DNA from: Paracoccus suum
Lineage (GTDB): Bacteria > Pseudomonadota > Alphaproteobacteria > Rhodobacterales > Rhodobacteraceae
Assembly: GCF_003324675.1 (NCBI RefSeq)
Contig: NZ_CP030918.1
Coordinates: 1,770,001-1,802,000 of the forward strand
Length of the DNA stretch: 32,000 nt
Direction of reading: 5' to 3'
The notes below the pieces were generated by a model. It did no database searches. It had not been told where the DNA came from and worked only from the letters and a program-made list of their open reading frames with translations. A program made the position numbers and the translations under genes. This document shows positions 7,035 to 14,276 of this stretch, one piece after another (the first letter of the stretch is position 1; each line of letters opens with the position of its first letter).

Positions 7035-7038
7035 TCAA
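7010..7038 (-). promoter_or_regulatory. Candidate sigma70-type promoter P2 with a palindromic operator, upstream of the XRE/ABC-3C operon
   Basis: The minus strand reads TTGACC (7038-7033), a 17-nt spacer, then TATACA (7015-7010). The spacer contains ATAGC-N6-GCTAT. An ungapped alignment with P1 matches 21 of 29 positions by my hand count. Confidence 0.5.
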
Positions 7039-7327
7039 CGGAAAGGGCGTGTGGCCCGTCCGGCGAGGCTACCGTAGATCGGCGACAGCTCGCGGCCCAG
7101 GCGTCGAGATCATCGACGGCATAGCGGACCCACTTGCCGAACTTGTGGTAGGCAGGTCCGCCGCCGAGCGAGCGGTAGCATTCGAGCGTGTGGGCCGACA
7201 GCGCGAGGTATCGCGCTGCGGCTTCGGTATCGACGAAGCGGATCGGGCCGGCGTCGTCGACAAATTGGGCGCGGCGCAGGATGTCGGGTGTCGGCCAGCG
7301 GCGTTGGGCCTTGGCTTCCTCACGCAT
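7025..7327 (-). CDS. Excisionase/AlpA-type (MerR-like) HTH DNA-binding protein, 100 aa
   Basis: Start taken at ATG 7327 (MREEAKAQ...), overlapping the integrase stop as ATGCGTGA. The segment FVDTEAAARYLALSAHTLECYRSLGGGPAYHKFGKWVRYAVDDLDAWAA matches the excisionase-family HTH pattern. Confidence 0.7.
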   Translation of the reverse strand: MREEAKAQRRWPTPDILRRAQFVDDAGPIRFVDTEAAARYLALSAHTLECYRSLGGGPAYHKFGKWVRYAVDDLDAWAASCRRSTVASPDGPHALSVDRT

Positions 7328-8732
7328 GATCGGCCTCCTGCGCTTCAACTCGCTTGCTGCCGGGCGGCAGGGTCCGGTTCTCACCGCTGCGGTGGCGGAA
7401 GGGCCGGTAGTTTCCGACGCGCGTGCGCGAGGCGTATTTGCCGTCCTCAAACCCGAGCGGCTTGCCGTCCGAGCCGGGGATCGCGGGTGCAGACTCCACG
7501 ACCGGCGCGACGGGCGGCGGCTCCATAGCGGGAGGCGGCGGCGCGGGCGGCTGGTGCTCCACGCCGATCACGTTCATCCGGCGCCGTGTCACGGCTTCCG
7601 CCGCCGCCCGGACAGGCTCGTCCTCGGTGTGGACGTAACGCATGAACATCGTCACCGTCTTGTGGGCGGTGAGCGCCATGCCGACCTTCACCGGCACGCC
7701 GGAGTTGGCGATATCGGTGGCGGAGCGATGCCGGATGCCATGGGTGCCGACATGAGGAAGGCCCGACCGCTCCAGAATGCGCTTCCAGCCTTGGTAGTAG
7801 GTGTAGGCCGACATCGGCTTTTCCGGGTCAAAGATCGAAGGGCAGACATAAGGCGAATCCACCATCAGCGGCGCGTTCTCGAAAAGGCGCTGGGCCTCGG
7901 CGCTCATCGGCTTCGACATCCCGCCCGTCTTGCTGTCCGGCCAGACGACGCGGCGGTTGTCGAAATCGACCCAGGCCCATTCGAGTTCGGTGATCTCCGA
8001 CATGCGTGCGGCAAACTCGAACTGAAGCCGGATGGCCAGAACAATGAACGGGTGTTCCAGTCCTTCCGCCTCGGCACGGTCAAGATATTCGAAGAGTTTG
8101 CGCATTTCCCCATCGGTGATGAGGCGGGTCTTGCCGCGTTCGGGGTATTTCGGGACATGGCGGCAGGGATTGGAGCCATCAGGCCGCAATCCCCAGACCT
8201 CGGCCACGTTGAACATTTTCCGGCACATCGCCAGAACGCGGTTCGCGCTGGTGGGGGACTTCGCCATCTTCTTCATGAGATCGGCAATGTCGGCGCGCGT
8301 AACATCCGGCACCTTCAATTGCCCGAGCTTCGGAATGAGGTGGCGCTTGCCCCGTTCCCGATTGGACTGGACGGTCGAGGGCTTATTGCGACCCTCAGAA
8401 TAATCGGTGATGAAACGATCGAAGAGTTCTTTGACCGTCGGCGCCTGACGGGTCGCCGTCCGCTCGGCGCTGGGATCGCCGCCACGCCGGACCTCGGCGA
8501 GCCAGTCCTGCGCGACCCCACGCGCCTGTTCGACGGTGATCTCGCCGTAGCGGCCAATGGCGGGCTTTCGGCGCTGACCGCTGTTCGTGACATAGGCGAT
8601 CATGAAAGTTTTCCGACCAGCGGGCGTGACCTTCACGAGAAAGCCGGGTATCGTCGTATCGCGGAGTTCGTAGTCGCGTTCTTGCGGGGTTGCGGCGTCA
8701 ACAGCCGTCTTGGTGAGCTTGATTTTGGCCAT
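7320..8732 (-). CDS. Tyrosine-type site-specific integrase (P4-like, DUF4102-type N-terminus), 470 aa
   Basis: N-terminus MAKIKLTKTAVDAATPQERDYELRDTTIPGFLVKVTPAGRKTF. Catalytic region HGIRHRSAT...TAHKTVTMFMRYVH. AAGGAGG RBS 7 nt upstream of the ATG. Confidence 0.95.
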   Translation of the reverse strand: MAKIKLTKTAVDAATPQERDYELRDTTIPGFLVKVTPAGRKTFMIAYVTNSGQRRKPAIGRYGEITVEQARGVAQDWLAEVRRGGDPSAERTATRQAPTVKELFDRFITDYSEGRNKPSTVQSNRERGKRHLIPKLGQLKVPDVTRADIADLMKKMAKSPTSANRVLAMCRKMFNVAEVWGLRPDGSNPCRHVPKYPERGKTRLITDGEMRKLFEYLDRAEAEGLEHPFIVLAIRLQFEFAARMSEITELEWAWVDFDNRRVVWPDSKTGGMSKPMSAEAQRLFENAPLMVDSPYVCPSIFDPEKPMSAYTYYQGWKRILERSGLPHVGTHGIRHRSATDIANSGVPVKVGMALTAHKTVTMFMRYVHTEDEPVRAAAEAVTRRRMNVIGVEHQPPAPPPPAMEPPPVAPVVESAPAIPGSDGKPLGFEDGKYASRTRVGNYRPFRHRSGENRTLPPGSKRVEAQEADHA

Positions 8733-8752
8733 TCCTAACCTCCTTTGAGGCC

Positions 8753-8788
8753 GGATTTCAGGTGCAAAATAGGAGCACCTGGAAATCC
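8753..8788. promoter_or_regulatory. Imperfect 13/14-bp inverted repeat just upstream of the integrase start
   Basis: ggatttcaggtgc (8753-8765) and gcacctggaaatcc (8775-8788) are complementary apart from a 1-nt indel, with a 9-nt loop. It lies 21 nt upstream of the int ATG. Confidence 0.45.
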
Positions 8789-8869
8789 AGCCATGGCGTG
8801 TGCCCGGTTAGGTATGGATGTGTTGATAGCCGAAAAAAGCTAGTGCCTACAGACGGTTATCGGGAAATC

Positions 8870-8896
8870 GGATACCCCCGGATAGACAAAGGATAG
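8870..8896 (+). repeat. Three phased GGATA(G) direct repeats next to the att core
   Basis: GGATA at 8870-8874, GGATAG at 8880-8885 and GGATAG at 8891-8896. Spacing is 10 and 11 nt, about one helical turn. Candidate arm-type integrase or Xis binding sites. Confidence 0.35.
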
Positions 8897-8910
8897 GCCA
8901 TCTGGGCTCG

Positions 8911-8966
8911 CTTAAAATCCCTGGGGCCTGAGGCCCGTGCGGGTTCGAGTCCCGCGGCCCGCACCA
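8911..8966 (+). tRNA. tRNA-Leu(UAA) 3' partial copy (anticodon loop to CCA), not a complete gene; probable att site of the island
   Basis: Reads cttaaaa (anticodon loop, TAA), tccct (3' anticodon stem), gg-ggcc-tga-ggcc-cgt (long type-II variable arm), gcggg-ttcgagt-cccgc (T arm), ggcccgc-a-cca (3' acceptor strand, A73, CCA). No complementary 5' acceptor strand (GCGGGCC), D arm or 5' anticodon stem is present upstream. Confidence 0.75.
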
Positions 8967-9081
8967 ACCATCCCGTCCTGCGCACAGCGACACCGCGGCG
9001 CGTTGCCGAGGCGGGGCGGCATGCTTAGTCTGTCCGCCGATCCGGGCACATCCCGGCCGGCCGGAAGAAAAGTGAGACGCG

Positions 9082-10878
9082 ATGGCCCGCAGAACGACCC
9101 CTGTGGGTGACCGCCCCACCACCCGGCGCATTGGCGCCCTTGGCGCGCTGTGGCCCTTCCTGCGACCCTACCGCGGCCTCCTCGCGGCGGCGATGCTGGC
9201 CCTGGCGCTGACATCGGCCATCAGCCTCATCCTGCCTCTGGCGGTGCGCCGCGTCGTCGACGGCTTTTCGCAGGGCGCGGGTCTGCTGGACGAATATTTC
9301 GGCGCGGCGATCGGCATCATCGCCTTGCTCGCGCTCGCGACCGGCCTTCGCTACTACCTTGTCACCCGCCTTGGCGAGCGGGTGGTGGCCGATATCCGCA
9401 AGGCCGTGTTCGACCGCGTGATCGGCATGTCGCCCGCGTTTTTCGAGCGCGTGATGACCGGCGAGATCATCAGCCGCATCACCACCGACACGACGCTGAT
9501 CCTTTCGGTCATCGGTTCGTCTGTCTCGCTGGCGCTGCGCAACATGCTGGTGTTCGCGGGCGGCATGGTGATGCTGATGATCACCTCGCCCAAGCTGACG
9601 GGCCTTGTCCTGCTGATCGTGCCCATCGTGCTGGTACCGATCATCGTCCTTGGCCGGCGTCTGCGCGGGCTGTCGCGGCAGAACCAGGACTGGATCGCGT
9701 CCTCGTCCGGCGCCGCGTCGGAAAGCCTGCTGGCTGCGCAGACAGTGCAGGCCTTTACCCATGAGGGCGCCAGCCGGGCCAACTTTGCCGAAGTGACCGA
9801 GGCCAGCTTTGCCGCCGCGCGCCGCCGCATCGCCACCCGCGCCGTGATGACCGTGCTTGTCATCTTCCTGATATTCGCGGGCGTCGCTGGCGTGCTGTGG
9901 ATCGGCGCACGCGACGTCCGCCTGGGCGACATGACGGTCGGCGGGCTCGTCCAGTTCGTGATCTACGCCATTATGGTTGCCAGCAGCGTCGGCGCACTGT
10001 CCGAGTTGTGGGGCGAGTTGCAGCGGGCCGCGGGCGCGACAGAGCGGTTGGGCGAGTTGCTGGCGACCCGTGACACCATCGCCGATCCCGCCAACCCTGT
10101 GGCTCTGCCGCGCCCGGTCGCCGGGCGCATTGCGCTGCGGAACGTCAGCCTCAGCTATCCCTCGCGACCGGGGGCGCAGGCGCTGGAGGATGTCAGCCTC
10201 GATATTGCCGCCGGCGAGACGGTCGCCCTGGTCGGCCCCTCGGGGGCGGGCAAGACCACCGTGGTGCAGATGATCCTGCGCTTCTGGGATCCCGATCAGG
10301 GCCGTGTCACCATCGATGGCATCGATCTGCGCGACATGGCACGCGACGATTTCCGCCGCGCCATCGCCTTGGTGCCGCAAGAGCCGGCGATCTTTGCCAC
10401 CAGCGCGCGGGAGAATATCCGCTTTGGCCGCCTCGATGCCACCGACGCCGAGGTCGAGGCCGCCGCGCGCGCGGCCTATGCCCATGACTTCATCGCCGAT
10501 CTGCCCCAGGGCTATGACAGCCCGCTGGGCGAGCGGGGGGTGATGCTGTCCGGCGGCCAGCGCCAGCGCATCGCCATTGCCCGCGCCATGTTGCGCGACG
10601 CGCCGATCCTGCTTCTTGACGAGGCGACCAGCGCGCTCGATTCCGAGAGCGAACGGCAGGTCTCGGGCGCGGTCGACCGCCTCGCGGCCGGGCGCACGAC
10701 GGTGATTGTCGCCCATCGGCTGGCAACGGTCAAAAAGGCCGACCGTATCGTCGTGATGGACGGCGGGCGGATCGTGGCTCAGGGCACCCATGCGCAACTG
10801 GTGGCCGAGGGCGGCCTCTATGCCCGCCTGGCGCGGCTGCAGTTCACCGACGGGCCAGTGCAGACGGCTGCTGAGTAG
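9082..10878 (+). CDS. ABC exporter, fused transmembrane and ATP-binding domains (ABCB/MsbA-like), 598 aa
   Basis: N-terminal TM region followed by Walker [10 protein letters not shown], signature [14 protein letters not shown] and Walker [13 protein letters not shown]. Confidence 0.9.
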   Translation: MARRTTPVGDRPTTRRIGALGALWPFLRPYRGLLAAAMLALALTSAISLILPLAVRRVVDGFSQGAGLLDEYFGAAIGIIALLALATGLRYYLVTRLGERVVADIRKAVFDRVIGMSPAFFERVMTGEIISRITTDTTLILSVIGSSVSLALRNMLVFAGGMVMLMITSPKLTGLVLLIVPIVLVPIIVLGRRLRGLSRQNQDWIASSSGAASESLLAAQTVQAFTHEGASRANFAEVTEASFAAARRRIATRAVMTVLVIFLIFAGVAGVLWIGARDVRLGDMTVGGLVQFVIYAIMVASSVGALSELWGELQRAAGATERLGELLATRDTIADPANPVALPRPVAGRIALRNVSLSYPSRPGAQALEDVSLDIAAGETVALVGPSGAGKTTVVQMILRFWDPDQGRVTIDGIDLRDMARDDFRRAIALVPQEPAIFATSARENIRFGRLDATDAEVEAAARAAYAHDFIADLPQGYDSPLGERGVMLSGGQRQRIAIARAMLRDAPILLLDEATSALDSESERQVSGAVDRLAAGRTTVIVAHRLATVKKADRIVVMDGGRIVAQGTHAQLVAEGGLYARLARLQFTDGPVQTAAE

Positions 10879-11007
10879 GGGCCAAGGGGGCCGCGCCACG
10901 CCCCCGCCGACGCTGCGTCCAGCTTGCCTCCGGCGTCCTTTCGCTTGCCCCACCAACTGCTTTCAGCCCATCTTGCCGCCCACAAATTGCCAAAAACCGG
11001 GGGGGAC

Positions 11008-12903
11008 ATGGCCAGCAGCATGAATACGCTCGCCGAGCGTAATGCGATCGAGGCGCAGGGCGATTATGCGGACCGCGATCTACCGGTGACGCTGTTTGCC
11101 TACCTGACCCGCATCCGCGATCGCGTGCCGGACCGGCCCGCGATCAGCTTTCAGCTGCTGTCCGGCCCGCGCACACGCGCCTGCACCCTGACCTGGGACG
11201 AATATCACCAGCGCGTCACCGAATGCGCCAACCTGCTGCGCGGTCTCGGGATCGGGCCAACCGACACCGTCGCCTATCTTCTGCCGAACTGCCTTGAGGC
11301 GGCGGTGGTGCTGGTCGCCGGCGCGACCGCCGGCATCGTCAACCCGATCAACCCGCTGCTGGAGCCAGAGCAGATCGGCGCCATCCTGCGCGAGACCAAC
11401 GCCAAGGTGCTGGTCACCCTGCGCCCGTTCCCCAAGTCGGACCTGGCGCAAAAGGCGGCCGCCGCCGTCGCCATGGCGCCCGATGTGCACACTGTCCTGC
11501 AGGTCGATCTTGGCGTTTACCTCGGCGGGCTGAAGCGTGTTGCCGCCGGTCTGATGCGGCCTCGCGTCAAGACCCGCCACCACGCGAAGGTCATGGACTT
11601 CGAGGCCGAGGCGTCCTCGCGCAAGCATACTCGCCTGAACTTTGACGACCCGCAGCACGATCGCATCGCCGCCTATTTCCACACGGGCGGGACCACTGGC
11701 ATGCCCAAGGTCGCGCAGCATCGCTATTCGGGGATGATCTACAACGGCTGGCTCGGCTCGGAGTTGCTGTTCACCGAGGAAGACGTCCTGCTGTGCCCGC
11801 TGCCCCTGTTTCACGTCTTTGCCGCCTATCCGGTGCTGATGTCCTGCATCGGCTCGGGCGCGCACATGGTCATGCCGACGCCGGCGGGCTATCGCGGCGA
11901 CGGCGTTCTCGACAACTTCTGGAAGCTGGTCGAGCGGTGGCAGGCGACTTTCCTGATCGCGGTGCCCACCGCCATCGCGGCGCTGATGCAGCGCCCGGTC
12001 GATGCCGACGTCAGCAGCCTGCGTACCGCCATCTCGGGCAGCGCGCCCCTGCCGATCGAGCTTTACAACCGCTTCAAGCAAGCGACCGGGGTTGAGATTG
12101 CCGAGGGCTATGGCCTGACGGAATGCACCTGCCTCGTCAGCTGCAATCCCATCGACGGCAAGAAAAAGGTCGGCTCGGTCGGTATTCCCTTTCCCTACAC
12201 CGAGGTCCGCATCCTGCGCCGCGCCGATGGCAAGCTGCAGGAATGCGCGGTGGACGAGATTGGCGAGATCTGCGTGTCGAACCCCGGCGTCTTTGAGGGC
12301 TCGACCTATACCGAGGTTGACCGCAACCGCGACCTGTTCGCCGAGGGGCGCTTCCTGCGCACCGGCGATCTTGGGCGGCTCGACGCGGATGGCTATCTGT
12401 GGATCACCGGCCGGGCCAAGGACCTGATCATCCGCGGCGGACACAACCTCGACCCGGGTATCATCGAGGAGGCACTGATGTCGCATCCGGCCGTGGCGGT
12501 CGCCGGCGCCATCGGCCAGCCAGACGCCTTCGCCGGAGAGTTGCCTTGCGCCTATGTCGAGTTGGTCGCCGGCATGACTGCCACCCCGGACGAACTGCTG
12601 ACCCATTGCCGCCAGCGCATCACCGAGCGCGCGGCGGTGCCCAAGCATATCGAAATCCTGCCCGAACTGCCCAAAACGGCGGTGGGCAAAGTGTTCAAGC
12701 CGCAGCTGCGCGCCCTCGCGACGGCGCGCGTTCTGGATGTTGCGCTCGCCCCCCTCGGCGCTTCGGTTGGCGCGGTGGACGACGACAAGACGCGCGGCAT
12801 GCTCGCCCATGTCCGCCGCAAGGCCGGCGCTGACGAGGCAGCGATCCGGCAGAAGCTGGGCGAGTTCTCCGTCGCCTGGGAGTGGGAGCAGGGCGGGGAC
12901 TAA
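11008..12903 (+). CDS. Acyl-CoA synthetase / AMP-dependent ligase, 631 aa
   Basis: Start taken at ATG 11008 (MASSMNTLAE...). AMP-binding motif YFHTGGTTGMPK; further motifs GYGLTE, TGDLG and K at PKTAVGKVFK. Confidence 0.9.
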   Translation: MASSMNTLAERNAIEAQGDYADRDLPVTLFAYLTRIRDRVPDRPAISFQLLSGPRTRACTLTWDEYHQRVTECANLLRGLGIGPTDTVAYLLPNCLEAAVVLVAGATAGIVNPINPLLEPEQIGAILRETNAKVLVTLRPFPKSDLAQKAAAAVAMAPDVHTVLQVDLGVYLGGLKRVAAGLMRPRVKTRHHAKVMDFEAEASSRKHTRLNFDDPQHDRIAAYFHTGGTTGMPKVAQHRYSGMIYNGWLGSELLFTEEDVLLCPLPLFHVFAAYPVLMSCIGSGAHMVMPTPAGYRGDGVLDNFWKLVERWQATFLIAVPTAIAALMQRPVDADVSSLRTAISGSAPLPIELYNRFKQATGVEIAEGYGLTECTCLVSCNPIDGKKKVGSVGIPFPYTEVRILRRADGKLQECAVDEIGEICVSNPGVFEGSTYTEVDRNRDLFAEGRFLRTGDLGRLDADGYLWITGRAKDLIIRGGHNLDPGIIEEALMSHPAVAVAGAIGQPDAFAGELPCAYVELVAGMTATPDELLTHCRQRITERAAVPKHIEILPELPKTAVGKVFKPQLRALATARVLDVALAPLGASVGAVDDDKTRGMLAHVRRKAGADEAAIRQKLGEFSVAWEWEQGGD

Positions 12904-12965
12904 GGCTGTAGGGGCCGGCCGGCGTTTGGCCGCCCTACCGTTCGCGCGTGATCGGCGGGTGGGCC

Positions 12966-13589
12966 TTAACTCGCGAGCGTCTTGCGGCCGCGGGCGACAA
13001 GAGCTTGCAGGTCGGCGAGGCTGTTCTCGCCGAACACCGCCTCATCGCCGCAGATCAGGGTCGGGGTGCCGACAAGCCCCATATGGTCTGCAAGTTCGAT
13101 CGACCGGTCGATCTGCGCGCTGACCGCCTCGCCCTGCATGTCCTTTTCCAGCCGGGGTATATCCAGCCCGACCTTGCGCGCAACGCGCAGGACGCTGGCC
13201 TGTTCGGCCCGGCCCGACATGCTCAGCAGCCCGCTGTGCATCTGCCAGTACTTGCCCTGCTGTAGCGAGGCGAGCGCGGCGCGGGCGGCAAATTCCGAAC
13301 CTTCCCCAAACACCGGCCATTCATGCAGCACCACCCGCAGCTTCGGATCGGCGCCGATCAGCTTTTGCATCGTCAGCAGCATCTTGCGGCAGAAGGGGCA
13401 GTTGTAGTCGAAAAACTCGGTCAGGGTGATGTCGCCGTCGGGATTGCCGAGGACCGGCGCGCCGGGATCGCGCTCCAGCGCCTTGCGCAGTTCCTCGGGC
13501 ATGGCATTGGCCCGCTGGGCGGCCGCCGGCAAGGCAGCCGCGCCGCTCGCAGCGGCGATCAGGGCGAGAGCGTGGCGGCGGGTCGGCAT
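12966..13589 (-). CDS. DsbA-family thiol:disulfide oxidoreductase, secreted, 207 aa
   Basis: Start taken at ATG 13589 (MPTRRHALALIAAASGAAALPAAA, a signal/Tat-like leader) with AAGGAAAC RBS. CPFC active site within FFDYNCPFCRK. Confidence 0.85.
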   Translation of the reverse strand: MPTRRHALALIAAASGAAALPAAAQRANAMPEELRKALERDPGAPVLGNPDGDITLTEFFDYNCPFCRKMLLTMQKLIGADPKLRVVLHEWPVFGEGSEFAARAALASLQQGKYWQMHSGLLSMSGRAEQASVLRVARKVGLDIPRLEKDMQGEAVSAQIDRSIELADHMGLVGTPTLICGDEAVFGENSLADLQALVARGRKTLAS

Positions 13590-13736
13590 GGCGTTTCCTT
13601 TCGGGCCGGCTTTCGGGCGAAGGACGGGACATTCGGCCGGCGGATAGCCCAAGCCATAATCCCCCGCGACCCGACGAGGAAATCACGATCCGCTCACGAA
13701 AAACCAGTGCGCGAAGAGGCCACCCGGCACCGGAGG

Positions 13737-14165
13737 TCAGCGGCGACAAAGCCGGGTCTGGGGGTCCAGCGCGACATATTGCTTGGCGCTGATGCGGACC
13801 ATGTTAAGCGATTGGCGCCACTCGCTGTCCCATTTGCGCTTGATACCGCCGCGATAGGTGGCGGCCATGATCTGATCAACGATGGGCGGAATGAAGTTCG
13901 TCCCCTCGATACGCGGCGCGTGAAAGCCGACCGTGGCGTTTGGGGCGAGGCAGGCGTTGCGCATCGTGATCAGCATCGTGCAGGCCGAGCGGCAATAGCC
14001 CCGGATCTCGACCGGGCGGCCGCTGCGCTCCAATTGGGCCCGGCGTTGCAGCATGGCGAGGACGTTGCCCCCGCGGTCGTTGTTGATGACGATCGGCCCA
14101 CGCGCGGGCTTGGCCTGCACCGGCAGCGCGAGGCAGAGGGCGAGCAGGAGGGTGGGCAGGCGCAT
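13737..14165 (-). CDS. Secreted hypothetical protein, 142 aa
   Basis: Signal peptide MRLPTLLLALCLALPVQA. Several Cys residues. No family recognised. Confidence 0.6.
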   Translation of the reverse strand: MRLPTLLLALCLALPVQAKPARGPIVINNDRGGNVLAMLQRRAQLERSGRPVEIRGYCRSACTMLITMRNACLAPNATVGFHAPRIEGTNFIPPIVDQIMAATYRGGIKRKWDSEWRQSLNMVRISAKQYVALDPQTRLCRR

Positions 14166-14229
14166 GTTTCGATCCCTTTTCCGGCAGCCCGCCAGATTGA
14201 CCGCCGTGTCAGATCAAGGGATTATGCCG

Positions 14230-14258
14230 CCCTGCGCCGGTCATGAACAGGCGCAGGG
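14230..14258 (-). terminator. Candidate stem-loop downstream of ettA
   Basis: ccctgcgcc (14230-14238) pairs with ggcgcaggg (14250-14258), a 9-bp stem. No strong U-tract. Confidence 0.35.
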
Positions 14259-14276
14259 ATCTCTCAACCAGTCACA

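Larger units (their letters stand above)
1..8966. mobile_element. Right-hand end of an integrated mobile element (probable ICE or genomic island) ending at a tRNA-Leu-derived att site; left end is outside the window
   Basis: Contains an ArdC-like gene, degraded TA modules, a defence-type operon, xis plus a tyrosine integrase, then a tRNA 3' fragment at 8911-8966. Sequence left of about 8.9 kb is visibly less GC-rich, with many A/T-ending codons, than the housekeeping block to the right. Confidence 0.75.

Noticed and set aside
8911-8966. Possible tmRNA (ssrA) acceptor piece of the two-piece alphaproteobacterial type, since it ends in a T-arm plus ACCA and abuts an integrase.
   Set aside because: The inferred acceptor stem would have G3:C70 rather than the G3:U70 alanine identity pair. 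An anticodon loop with TAA and a Leu-type long variable arm are present. Only about 115 nt separate it from the next gene, too little for a coding piece, and no tag-peptide frame is visible.
8850-8966. Complete tRNA-Leu gene, possibly interrupted in the anticodon loop (tRNA-Leu UAA is a classic group I intron site). Upstream ggaaatcggatac / cggatagacaaagga faintly resemble a Leu D-loop.
   Set aside because: No sequence complementary to the 3' acceptor strand (needs G[CT]GGG[CT][CT]) exists in the right place. The 5' anticodon stem is missing. The apparent insertion is only ~17 nt, far too short for a group I intron.
10924-11007. 28-aa N-terminal extension of the acyl-CoA synthetase ORF. Similar extensions occur at alaS (27653-27682), rpsA (31549-31683), the lapA-like gene (29278-25), the DsbA-like gene (13590-13652), the SBP gene (17722-18048) and xis (7328-7450).
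   Set aside because: The extensions are non-ATG or low-complexity leaders. The conserved N-termini of these well-known families begin at the internal ATGs chosen, several of which have visible Shine-Dalgarno sequences.
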